From NCBI GenBank assembly GCA_018812625.1, contig JAHJDH010000010.1:918-64917 (forward strand): DNA of 64,000 nucleotides, given 5' to 3'. Position numbers and translations under genes: made by a program. Below are positions 10,494-18,782 of the stretch, one piece after another; position 1 is the stretch's first letter; the number at the start of each line of letters is the position of its first letter. Source of the stretch: Candidatus Micrarchaeota archaeon (GTDB taxonomy: Archaea; Micrarchaeota; Micrarchaeia; Anstonellales; Bilamarchaeaceae). Under the pieces are notes generated by a model. The model had not been told where the DNA came from and did not search any database. It saw only the letters and a program-made list of their open reading frames with translations.

Positions 10494-10607
10494 ATGGGAT
10501 CAAAACCAAGAAAATGGAAAAAGAAAAACAGAATGCGCTGGAAATGGGTAAAGAAAAAGCGCAAAAGACTCAAGAAGAAGATGAGAAGGAGAGTTGGTGA
10601 CCTCTAA
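10494..10607 (+). CDS. rpl41e: 50S ribosomal protein eL41 (37 aa, absent from the ORF track)
   Basis: My translation is [37 protein letters not shown]. The RKWKKK.RMRWKW.KKR.RRLK pattern matches archaeal L41e as I recall it. Confidence 0.65.
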   Translation: MGSKPRKWKKKNRMRWKWVKKKRKRLKKKMRRRVGDL

Positions 10608-10864
10608 ATGAATAGAGAGGTACCCTGTCAATCTAAAATTTCCCCAGAAAAACGTAATGCTGCAACCAAAAGCGAACTCTGCTTTCCTATTTGGGGCTCA
10701 AAGTCTCCAATAATTGAAAGAGTTAGAGGGGCTGGAATGGAAGTGGCATGTGGAGAATTGAGCTTTCCGGTCTTCGGGAAGACTCCTCGAAAGTAATTTA
10801 ATACTAACTAATCATATTCTTCTCACCCGAAATCACTACTCAGTGGAGTAGGAGGGCTGGTTAT

Positions 10865-11494
10865 ATGGAAAAAAATAAATTAATAAGCGCCTTAAATAAG
10901 GCTCTAGAGAGCAAAGGAAAAAGAAAATTCAAGCAAAGTGTTGAACTCATCATTAATATGAGAGGAGTTGACTTCTCAAAGAGTGAAAACAGACTCAATC
11001 TTGATATTGTACTGCCAAAGGGTAAAGGAGGAAAAGAACTCAAATCCGCTGTTTTTGCTGAAGCTGGAGTTGCAGATCAGGCAAAGAAAGCCGGGGCAGA
11101 TCTTATCATCGGACCGGATGAAATTCCAGCCTGGGGAGACAAGACCAAGGCAGCTGAACTTGCAGACAACTACTTCCTTTTAGCTGAACCAAAGCTCATG
11201 GGTGTTGTTGCTAAATCACTTGGACAGTATCTTGGTAAGAGAGGTAAACTTCCAAAACCAGCAGTCGGAGACATTAAAGGAGTTATTGAAAGATCCAAGA
11301 ACTCAGTTAGAATTGTTTCAAAGGGAAAATACCTCCCAGTTGCACATGCATTTATTGGAACTGAAATCATGTCAGAAGATGACTTAGTTGAAAATGCAGA
11401 AGCAGTCTATGATGCAGTCAAGACCAAAGTAAAGGAAGGGAATATCAAATCCATTTTCGTCAAACTGACGATGGGTAAACCAGCGAGGGTGTAG
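10865..11494 (+). CDS. rpl1: 50S ribosomal protein uL1
   Basis: 209 aa. F.QSVEL..NL..VD....NR....V.LP.G.GK is typical of archaeal L1. First gene of the L1-P0-P1 cluster. Confidence 0.95.
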   Translation: MEKNKLISALNKALESKGKRKFKQSVELIINMRGVDFSKSENRLNLDIVLPKGKGGKELKSAVFAEAGVADQAKKAGADLIIGPDEIPAWGDKTKAAELADNYFLLAEPKLMGVVAKSLGQYLGKRGKLPKPAVGDIKGVIERSKNSVRIVSKGKYLPVAHAFIGTEIMSEDDLVENAEAVYDAVKTKVKEGNIKSIFVKLTMGKPARV

Positions 11495-11496
11495 AT

Positions 11497-12426
11497 ATGG
11501 ATTACGTAATTGATACTAACAGAAAAACAATCCAGGAAAAGATCAAAGAGGTCGATTCTTATGTTAAGGAGATGAAGAACTACAAAACAGTAGCTCTACT
11601 TAACTTGAAAAAACTTCCAGACTCACTTCTTCAATCTCTTAGAAAGAAGATCAAAGATGAAGGAGGAAAGGTAGTTATTCTTAGAAAACCTGTGATTAGC
11701 AGAGTTCTTGCAAGCAATAAGAAACTAGCTGGCCATGTGGATGAGTGCAAAAAACCAGTCGCATTGATTTTAACAAACAGCTCTCCATATGAGCTCAATA
11801 AGTTCTTCAATCAACACAAGAAGAAAAGAGCAGCCAAAGTTGGAGATGTTGCAAAGGCTGACATTGTTGTTCCGGAAGGAGAAACAGATCTTCCACCAGG
11901 TCCAGCACTTTCCGAGCTAAAAGCAGGGGGAGTAAATGTTCAGATCAAGGGCGGAAAGATCATTGTCAGCAAGGACAGTACTGTTGCAAAAGCAGGAGAA
12001 GAAATCACATTACCTAAGGTAAAGGCACTTCAATCTCTTGGGATCATGCCATTTGAAGTTATGGCAAGCTTGATCTTTGGATATGATGGAGAATACGTAT
12101 ATTCAAGCGACATATTGAGTCTTGGAGATACGATTGATGAGGATATTGCAGAAAGTCTTTCTGAAGCATTCAACTTTTCAATGAATGCAGGATATCCAAC
12201 AGAACAAAATGCAGACATTCTGCTTAAAGATGCCATTATGCAATCTGTTAATATGGCACTTAATGCAGACGTATATTCATCCAGTTCAATTGAGCAGCTT
12301 CTCACCTGTGCCATGAGGCAAGGTGGTGCTCTTGAAACTTTGGAACCAAAAGAGGCTCCAAAGGATGAGCCTCCAAAAGAGGAAAAAGCAGAAGGAAGTG
12401 ATGCTCCGGCTGCAGAAGAAAAATAA
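11497..12426 (+). CDS. rplP0: 50S ribosomal protein uL10 (acidic ribosomal protein P0)
   Basis: 309 aa. Starts 3 nt after the L1 stop. Acidic/Ala-Pro-Glu-rich C-terminal tail (KEAPKDEPPKEEKAEGSDAPAAEEK). Confidence 0.9.
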   Translation: MDYVIDTNRKTIQEKIKEVDSYVKEMKNYKTVALLNLKKLPDSLLQSLRKKIKDEGGKVVILRKPVISRVLASNKKLAGHVDECKKPVALILTNSSPYELNKFFNQHKKKRAAKVGDVAKADIVVPEGETDLPPGPALSELKAGGVNVQIKGGKIIVSKDSTVAKAGEEITLPKVKALQSLGIMPFEVMASLIFGYDGEYVYSSDILSLGDTIDEDIAESLSEAFNFSMNAGYPTEQNADILLKDAIMQSVNMALNADVYSSSSIEQLLTCAMRQGGALETLEPKEAPKDEPPKEEKAEGSDAPAAEEK

Positions 12427-12442
12427 TAATTAAGGTGAAAAC

Positions 12443-12754
12443 ATGAAGGTAGATCCATATTTGCATGCTGTACTTTTGCTCCACGGTGCTGGAAAGGAAG
12501 TCAGCAAGGAAGGAATTGTAGCTGTTATCAAAGCAAGCGGTGCAGAAGCAGATGATGCAAAAGCACAAGTTCTTGCAGAAGCAGTGAAGGGAGTCGACTT
12601 TGAAGATCTTCTAAAGCAATCAACTATGGTTGCAGCCGCTCCTGCAGCAGCTCCGGCAGCTGGAGGCGCAGCAGCTAAGAAGGAAGAGCCAAAAGAAGAC
12701 GAAGGAAAGAAGGAAGAAGAAGCAGCCGCAGGTTTGGCTAACTTATTCGGATAA
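12443..12754 (+). CDS. rpl12: 50S ribosomal stalk protein P1 (archaeal L12)
   Basis: 103 aa. MKVDPYLHAVLLLH N-terminus, Ala-rich hinge and an acidic EE..GL..LFG C-terminus are diagnostic of the P1/L12 stalk protein. Confidence 0.9.
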   Translation: MKVDPYLHAVLLLHGAGKEVSKEGIVAVIKASGAEADDAKAQVLAEAVKGVDFEDLLKQSTMVAAAPAAAPAAGGAAAKKEEPKEDEGKKEEEAAAGLANLFG

Positions 12755-12780
12755 TTTTCCAATTTTTTTATCTTTTTTTT
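12755..12780 (+). terminator. Oligo-T tract terminator after the L1-P0-P1 operon
   Basis: T7 (12763-12769) and T8 (12773-12780) runs sit immediately after the P1 stop. Archaeal RNAP terminates at oligo-T. Confidence 0.4.
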
Positions 12781-12830
12781 AATTCTATTTTTACGTAAGA
12801 TATATATTCCTACTATTAGTTACTAGAGAT

Positions 12831-13757
12831 ATGCACAGAGAGGTAACTAAAATCATTAAAGATATCAAATCTTTAAAAATTCAAGGTGCCCGAAATGTTG
12901 CAAAGGCATCTCTTAAAGCGCTGATCATTGTTGCAAAAAATTCAAAGGCAAAAACTACTTCTGATTTTATCAGAGAATTTGCAGATGCAGAAGACAAACT
13001 ATCAGTAAGCAGACCAACAGAGCCAATGATGAGAAATCTGCTTCGGGAATCATTGATATTTGCAGAAGAATCTGCAAAGAAAAAGACACTTGTAATGGCA
13101 AAAAAAGCAATAGTTTCCCATGAAAAGATGCTCATTAAAAAAATGGAGAGTGATGCAGAAAAGCTTGCAACATATGGCGCAAAGCTCATACCAGATAACG
13201 CACTTGTCCTTACACATTGTCATTCTTCAACAGTTACAAGAATTCTTATCACAGCAAAAAAGCTAAAGAAAAAATTCAAGGTGGTTTCTTTTGAAACCCG
13301 TCCAAGGTACCAGGGCAGAAAAACTGCAAAGGAACTTGCAGATAGCGGGATAGATGTTACTCTTGCAGTCGATGGTGCTATGGAGATGTTTATGAGAAAA
13401 GCAGATATTGTGCTTGTTGGTGCAGATTCAATTACTTCGAGAGGAGATCTGATAAACAAGATTGGAACTTCAACACTTGCACACATTGCAAAGATGAATG
13501 ATGTTTCATTTTATTGTGCTGCAGAGCTTTCGAAATACAGTCCAAAGACAATGTTTGGAACAAGAGAAGAAATTGAAGAGCGAGATCCAAAGGAAGTTTG
13601 GGAACGCCCGCCAAAAAAAGTTAAAATTAGAAACCCGGCATTTGAGGCAACAGCAGCAAAATACATCAATGGGTTTGTGACTGAAGTGGGGATTATACCA
13701 TCCCAGTCATTCTTTGCTGTAGCAACTGAAAAACTGGGAATAAAATTATACGAATAG
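12831..13757 (+). CDS. e2b2: eIF-2B alpha/beta/delta family protein, likely ribose-1,5-bisphosphate isomerase
   Basis: 308 aa. VLTHCHSSTV and VGADSITSRGDLINKIGT motifs belong to the eIF2B/MtnA/R15P-isomerase family. Sits directly upstream of AMP phosphorylase. Confidence 0.75.
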   Translation: MHREVTKIIKDIKSLKIQGARNVAKASLKALIIVAKNSKAKTTSDFIREFADAEDKLSVSRPTEPMMRNLLRESLIFAEESAKKKTLVMAKKAIVSHEKMLIKKMESDAEKLATYGAKLIPDNALVLTHCHSSTVTRILITAKKLKKKFKVVSFETRPRYQGRKTAKELADSGIDVTLAVDGAMEMFMRKADIVLVGADSITSRGDLINKIGTSTLAHIAKMNDVSFYCAAELSKYSPKTMFGTREEIEERDPKEVWERPPKKVKIRNPAFEATAAKYINGFVTEVGIIPSQSFFAVATEKLGIKLYE

Positions 13758-13767
13758 AGGGGAAAAA

Positions 13768-15330
13768 ATGAAAAAATTTGTTGAAAATGAAATAAAAGAA
13801 GTTGATGTCTGGCAGCTTAAGAAATATGCATGTAAAGCAAAGCTTATCGACATTTTTACTGGAAAAAATATAGTTGTCTTAAATTTAGATGAGGCAAAGG
13901 AACACGATATTTACGCAGGATACAGAACGCATTTGAAGGTAAATGGAACCACCATTACTGCACTAGTGGATGTCAGTGATGATCTGGTCAAGCCAGGAGA
14001 AATTGGACTTTTTAGGGATATTGCAAAAGAATTCAAGATCAAAGCTGGCCAAAGCATAGAAGTAGTTCACATGAACAGGCCAGAATCAATCTCATATATT
14101 AAGAAAAAACTGGACAAAGGAACATTGAATTCGTATGAGGTCAAGACAATTGTCAAGGACATCATGAAAGACAGGTTGAGTGAGGTTGAAACTGCTGCAT
14201 GGATTACAGCAGCATACATAAATGGATTTTCAGATGAGGAAGTAATTTCACTGGCCCAGGCAACAGTAGAATCAGGAGACCAGCTTAATCTTAATAAAAA
14301 ACCAATTTTAGACAAACACTGCATTGGAGGAGTTGCTGGAAACAGGACAACAATGATTGTAGTTCCGATCATAGCTGCAGCAGGATTGTATATTCCCAAA
14401 ACATCCTCAAGATCAATAACCTCAGCATCAGGAACAGCAGACACTATGGAAGTTCTCACAAACGTCACGCTCAGTATGGATGAACTTCGAGACATTGTAT
14501 GCAAAGCCAAAGGTGCGATTGTTTGGGGAGGTGGGATGTCACTTGCTCCTGTTGATGATAAGCTCATTAGGATAAGGCACCCGCTAAGCCTTGATCCAGA
14601 AGGAATGCTGCTTGCAAGCATTTTAGGGAAAAAGAAGAGTGTTGGTGCTGAGTATGCATTGATTGACATTCCAATCGGGCGCGGAGTAAAGGTCCCATAT
14701 ATGGAAAGAGGGCAGGTGCTTGCAAAACATTTTATTAAAATTGGCGCGAGTCTTGGGATGAACGTTGAAGCAATAATTACTGATGGGTCAGAGCCTATTG
14801 GAAACGGGATTGGACCAGGGCTTGAATGCATAGATGTTTTGCAGGTTTTAGAAGGCAACGGACCGGATGACCTTAGGCACAAAAGTATTTTGATGGCAGG
14901 AAAACTCCTCGAACTTTGTAAAAAGGTTCCAAAAGGAGGGGGATATCAGGCAGCCCAAAGAATAATTGAAAACGGCAAGGCACTGAACAAATTCAGAGAG
15001 ATAGTAGAGCTCCAGGGAGGAAGTCCAAAAGTCAAAACATCAGATATTGAAATTGGGGGCTATAGTAAAACAATCACTTCGGATATTAGTGGCAGCATAT
15101 TCCACATAGACAACAAAGCAATTTCAAAAATTGCAAGAATTGCCGGATCCCCAAGAGACAAGGGAGCAGGACTTCTTCTGCACATAGTAAGAGGAGACAG
15201 AATCAAGAAGGGAGATAAGTTATTCACGATATTTGCTGAGAGCGAAGCCAAGCTTGACTTTGCACTAAAAGCATTGAAAAGACTTGACCCGGTCGAGATG
15301 AGGAGAATACTGCTCGGGAGTATGAGATGA
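13768..15330 (+). CDS. deoA: AMP phosphorylase (archaeal thymidine-phosphorylase homologue with N-terminal extension)
   Basis: 520 aa. About 85-aa N-terminal extension, then a glycosyltransferase family 3 core (HCIGGVAGNRTT, SSRSITSASGTADTME) and a PYNP C-terminal domain. Confidence 0.8.
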   Translation: MKKFVENEIKEVDVWQLKKYACKAKLIDIFTGKNIVVLNLDEAKEHDIYAGYRTHLKVNGTTITALVDVSDDLVKPGEIGLFRDIAKEFKIKAGQSIEVVHMNRPESISYIKKKLDKGTLNSYEVKTIVKDIMKDRLSEVETAAWITAAYINGFSDEEVISLAQATVESGDQLNLNKKPILDKHCIGGVAGNRTTMIVVPIIAAAGLYIPKTSSRSITSASGTADTMEVLTNVTLSMDELRDIVCKAKGAIVWGGGMSLAPVDDKLIRIRHPLSLDPEGMLLASILGKKKSVGAEYALIDIPIGRGVKVPYMERGQVLAKHFIKIGASLGMNVEAIITDGSEPIGNGIGPGLECIDVLQVLEGNGPDDLRHKSILMAGKLLELCKKVPKGGGYQAAQRIIENGKALNKFREIVELQGGSPKVKTSDIEIGGYSKTITSDISGSIFHIDNKAISKIARIAGSPRDKGAGLLLHIVRGDRIKKGDKLFTIFAESEAKLDFALKALKRLDPVEMRRILLGSMR

Positions 15331-15331
15331 A

Positions 15332-15742
15332 TTACCATCTCCCAAATGAGATAAAAGTCCTGGTTTCGGAAACAGACTTGAGCTTTCGGATAAGATCGAT
15401 CTTTCTGTCGATCTCTTCCATATTCTCAGCTTCAAGAATTATACAGCCATCATATTCGCCAGAAATTTCATAGGCATCAAAATGAACAGCTAAATTATGA
15501 ATATCTTCCATCATTTTTTTTGTTTCTGTTTTCGCTTTTGCCATCAAAACGGCAAAAAGTACTGACGAAGAGGAAGTATCTATAGTAAATCGCCTTATTG
15601 TTTTGTTATCAAGCAATTTTTTTATTCTGGAGCGAACAGCACCTTCAGTAATGCCAAGTTTTTTTGAAATATCAATATTAGACATTTTTGAATTTTTCTT
15701 TAGAAGAGAGAGAATTTTCTGATCTTTTTCATCTATTTTCAT
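15332..15742 (-). CDS. Lrp/AsnC-family transcriptional regulator
   Basis: 136 aa. N-terminal HTH (D.KIL.LL..NS..S...I...LGI.E.AV..RIKKL) plus a RAM/ACT-like C-terminal domain. Confidence 0.85.
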   Translation of the reverse strand: MKIDEKDQKILSLLKKNSKMSNIDISKKLGITEGAVRSRIKKLLDNKTIRRFTIDTSSSSVLFAVLMAKAKTETKKMMEDIHNLAVHFDAYEISGEYDGCIILEAENMEEIDRKIDLIRKLKSVSETRTFISFGRW

Positions 15743-15791
15743 ATAGAACTAGTAGATGCGGAAAATTAATAATGTTTCGAAATTCGCAATT

Positions 15792-16247
15792 CTAGAATTC
15801 ATCGAAAACTGCGTCGAAGCAAGAGATAGTATGAGTCTTGAAGATGCCAGGAGTTTTGCGAATTCGCTCTACTATCAGCATTCCAATATCTTCGATATTT
15901 TTACCCCTGACTTTGATTAGAAGATCCCATTCTCCAGAAATGACATAAACACCATAAATGCCAGGAATACTCGAAAGTTTGGTTGCGAGCTGGGACTGAT
16001 TAAGATTAGAATTTCGGTCATAGGAGGCAAAAACAAATGCAAGTGTTGGCAGGCCTGTTTTCTTGTAGTCCTGCTCAATAGTAAACTTTTTGATTATGCC
16101 TAACCGCCGAAGCTTTGTGATACGCTCATGTACTGTGGCGCGAGGAATACCGAGCGCATGGGATAGCTCGGCAATTGTTTTCCTTGCGTTTTTTTTAAGT
16201 GCATCGAGGATAACATGGTCTTTCTGGTCAAGCCTTGCATCCTTCAC
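15792..16247 (-). CDS. Lrp/AsnC-family transcriptional regulator
   Basis: 151 aa. LD..D..IL.AL..NAR....ELS..LG.PR.TV.ERI.KL HTH plus a RAM domain. A TATA-like TTTTTAAT (minus strand) lies about 25 nt upstream. Confidence 0.85.
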   Translation of the reverse strand: MKDARLDQKDHVILDALKKNARKTIAELSHALGIPRATVHERITKLRRLGIIKKFTIEQDYKKTGLPTLAFVFASYDRNSNLNQSQLATKLSSIPGIYGVYVISGEWDLLIKVRGKNIEDIGMLIVERIRKTPGIFKTHTISCFDAVFDEF

Positions 16248-16427
16248 ATTGGATATTATCCGGGTATTAGATTAAAAACCCATCGTTTTTTGGATAAAAT
16301 CCGGCTTTTTCCAGTTATATTTTATATAATATAGAGGAGAGATAGATTATTAATGCTGGATAAACAGATCAGCATTGCCCGGTAAAGTGATAAGGAAAAG
16401 ACCACGTAAGGATGCCTTGGTAGATGA

Positions 16428-16452
16428 ACGGGCCTTTATGGCCCGTATTTTC
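16428..16452 (+). terminator. 7-bp GC hairpin ACGGGCC-TTTAT-GGCCCGT followed by a T-rich tract
   Basis: Perfect stem at 16428-16434 / 16440-16446, then ATTTTCT. It lies about 100 nt downstream of a TATA box at 16321-16328. Confidence 0.35.
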
Positions 16453-16509
16453 TACGAATATCGTAATAAAAATAGTAAAATAATCTGATTTTCGTAAAAA
16501 AGATACGAA
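16453..16509. promoter_or_regulatory. Two palindromes sharing the TACGA half-site: TACGA-ATA-TCGTA (16453-16465) and TTCGTA-N7-TACGAA (16491-16509)
   Basis: Read directly from the sequence. The first fits the 13-bp abcdeWWWe'd'c'b'a' form described for archaeal Lrp/FFRP regulators. Located between the Lrp genes and the purN-like gene. Confidence 0.35.
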
Positions 16510-16636
16510 TCTTTATAAATTGTAGTGTCCATAAAATAAATTATGTGTAGTTTAGATAACAAACCTGATTTTAAGAAAAAGGCCTAATTTGGCCACCGCA
16601 CAGTTTGAATTTTGATAATTATTAAGGTGAATAAAT

Positions 16637-17662
16637 ATGACGTTAACAGAAAATATACAACAAGATGATTTGGGATCAATAAGGCTTGCATACTTCCTTT
16701 CAACAAGGGAAATTGCAAGAAATGAGCCATTGTCAGCTACTGGCAATCCAGAGATAGATGGCCCGATAAATGATGCGCACAGAGGAAACCTTCCGAAAGT
16801 AATTCCGATACTTGAAGAACTTACAAGAGAAACTGGGATGAATGTGGAGGTTGCGCTCATTGTTTGCGATGACCCAACATTAATGAGAGATTTCAGTGAT
16901 TTTGAAATTCCACTTCATCAGGAACCTTCAACATATCCACAGGCATATAGGCAGGCTGGAATGAGAAAAGAAGAAGGCGAAACCAAAGGAGACTTCAGAG
17001 CGAGAATCGCCCCTGTTGTTGCAAGAGCAAAAGCAGAATATGAACAAAGGCTGCTTGATGTTTTAGAAGAACATGGTATTGACCTAGTCATATCAGATAG
17101 ATATATGAGATTGTTTGGCCCAACTTTCCTCAATGAATATATAGGGCTTGTACTAAACAGCCATCCAGCAATTCTTCCGGAAATTCCAGGTGCAATTCCA
17201 ACTAGTGGCGCTCTTGAGAGAGCTCGGGAAACTGGACATGATTTTACTGGAATCACTTGCCACATTGTAGATCATGGTGAGGATACAGGGCCACCTGTTC
17301 TTCAAAATGAGAATGTTCCGATTTACCCTAATGACAGTGAGGCAACACTTCGAGCAAGAAACTACCAGAATGAAGGAGGAGTTCTTGCTGAGGGAATAGT
17401 GCAACACTTGAGAAATCCAGATACCCAGAACCTCATTCGTTTAAGGCGAGAATGCAGCCAGGCAAATGGAAATAGAGAACAGGTGCTTGACAAAATGCGG
17501 ACAGTTCGAGAACGCATGATCGAAGAACACCACGATGCATTTTCTGCATTTAGGAGAAATAGAGAAAGTATAAAACCAGGAGAGTATAGATACAGATTTA
17601 GAAGGCAGGAAGCGCAGCAGCCGAGAAGGCCATTAAGACAGGCTGCCACTGCCTGCAGGTGA
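16637..17662 (+). CDS. Formyltransferase-family protein (PurN/GAR transformylase-like) with N-terminal insertions and an Arg-rich C-terminal tail
   Basis: LNSHPAILPEIPG resembles the N.HPSLLP motif. GITCHIVDHGEDTGPPVLQ..VPI...D..ATL..R resembles the catalytic His/Asp region. AAGGTGA SD-like sequence 7 nt upstream of the ATG. Confidence 0.65.
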   Translation: MTLTENIQQDDLGSIRLAYFLSTREIARNEPLSATGNPEIDGPINDAHRGNLPKVIPILEELTRETGMNVEVALIVCDDPTLMRDFSDFEIPLHQEPSTYPQAYRQAGMRKEEGETKGDFRARIAPVVARAKAEYEQRLLDVLEEHGIDLVISDRYMRLFGPTFLNEYIGLVLNSHPAILPEIPGAIPTSGALERARETGHDFTGITCHIVDHGEDTGPPVLQNENVPIYPNDSEATLRARNYQNEGGVLAEGIVQHLRNPDTQNLIRLRRECSQANGNREQVLDKMRTVRERMIEEHHDAFSAFRRNRESIKPGEYRYRFRRQEAQQPRRPLRQAATACR

Positions 17663-17666
17663 AATA

Positions 17667-18782
17667 ATGGATGATGTGCAATTGCTCAGAGAACTTGTCG
17701 CTATAAACTCAGTTTTTCCAAATGAAAAAAGTATTGCAGAATATGTGGAGCAGAAACTAAAGGATCAGGGATTTTTGGTTCAAAGACAACCACTATCAGA
17801 TGACAGATTTAATATACTCGCAGAGCGCGGAACTGAGGGAAACCCCATTTTGCTCTATGCGCATTTGGACACAGTACCTGCATATGGAACTTGGGAAACT
17901 GACCCGCTCGAACTTAGAGAAGACGAAGATCGACTTTATGGACTTGGAGCATACGATATCAAATCAGGAATTGCAGCAATCATTCAAGCTTGTGATATAG
18001 ACAGCAGCAGGAAAATCAAGATCGGATTTGGTGTTGATGAAGAGAATAATTCTGCTGGTGGGAATATGCTTGCAAATTCAGATTTTCTCTCTAATGTTGA
18101 GGGAATAGTTGCAACAGAAATCCTTGATTTTGAAGGAGCCACGTCGAATTCGATAATGCTTGGAAGACGAGGAAGAACAGTGATCGAAATTGAAGTTCCA
18201 GGAAGATCAGCTCATGGAGGACATGCAGAAGAAGGTATCAATGCTATTTCTGAAGCTGCAAGACTAGTTCATCTTTTAGAAGACATGAAACTTCCAACCA
18301 ATAAACCATTGCCAAACCCCAATCAGTTTATTCGCAAAATTGCAGCTGAAAGCACCTCGCTGTCAGTTCCAGATAGTGCAATAATTGAGATAGATAGGCA
18401 CATGATCGTTCCAGAAACACCAGAAACAGTAAGAAATGATGTTCAAATTTTTGTTGATTCTTTGTATGAAAGAGGAGAATTTGAGGACATAGATGGCAGA
18501 AGAATCAATGTAAGAGTAAAGCCTAGAGATGTGCCATATTTGATGCCTTATGTTACTTCAAAGGAAAGTGAACTTGTAAAGAAAGTAAGCAGTGTTTTTG
18601 AAGATCCAAAATATGTTTATGGTAACACTGTTGCAGATGAAAACGTTTTTGCAGCAACTGGACTTCCAGTTGTGAGTCTTGGTGCTGTTGGTGGAAATGA
18701 ACATCAGGCAAATGAATGGGTCTCAAAGAGCAGCTATCTTGATTTGATATCTAACTTGCGTAAATACCTTCAGCAAAGATGA
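17667..18782 (+). CDS. M20-family metallopeptidase (ArgE/DapE/LysK-like deacylase)
   Basis: 371 aa. LLYAHLDTVP, GAYDIKSG, DEE and GRSAHGG motifs are typical of M20 deacetylases/desuccinylases. Confidence 0.8.
   Translation: MDDVQLLRELVAINSVFPNEKSIAEYVEQKLKDQGFLVQRQPLSDDRFNILAERGTEGNPILLYAHLDTVPAYGTWETDPLELREDEDRLYGLGAYDIKSGIAAIIQACDIDSSRKIKIGFGVDEENNSAGGNMLANSDFLSNVEGIVATEILDFEGATSNSIMLGRRGRTVIEIEVPGRSAHGGHAEEGINAISEAARLVHLLEDMKLPTNKPLPNPNQFIRKIAAESTSLSVPDSAIIEIDRHMIVPETPETVRNDVQIFVDSLYERGEFEDIDGRRINVRVKPRDVPYLMPYVTSKESELVKKVSSVFEDPKYVYGNTVADENVFAATGLPVVSLGAVGGNEHQANEWVSKSSYLDLISNLRKYLQQR

Noticed and set aside
10608-10796. A 62-aa ORF in the eL41-uL1 spacer, and the idea that the spacer is SRP RNA, RNase P RNA or a decayed rpl11.
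   Set aside because: The ORF has no motifs or credible start context. I could not find the SRP helix-8 GGAA/AGCA motifs, the RNase P CR-I (GAGGAAAGUCC) or CR-V motifs, or any L11-like translation in any frame. The region is kept only as an unexplained spacer.
14067-14882. A 271-aa ORF antisense to AMP phosphorylase. Similar long antisense ORFs include 4682-5179 in carB, 31177-31815 in feoB, 12430-12762 opposite P1, 606-1010 in tldD and 28234-28554 in the cassette.
   Set aside because: Each lies fully inside a gene with strong family motifs on the other strand. Their translations are low-complexity (S/P/A/I-rich) with no motifs. These are typical shadow ORFs.
16422-16488. A possible C/D-box sRNA (AGAUGAA ... 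CUGA, 64 nt apart).
   Set aside because: The C box deviates from RUGAUGA at two positions. There are no C'/D' boxes and no terminal stem. The segment is better explained as hairpin plus palindromes.
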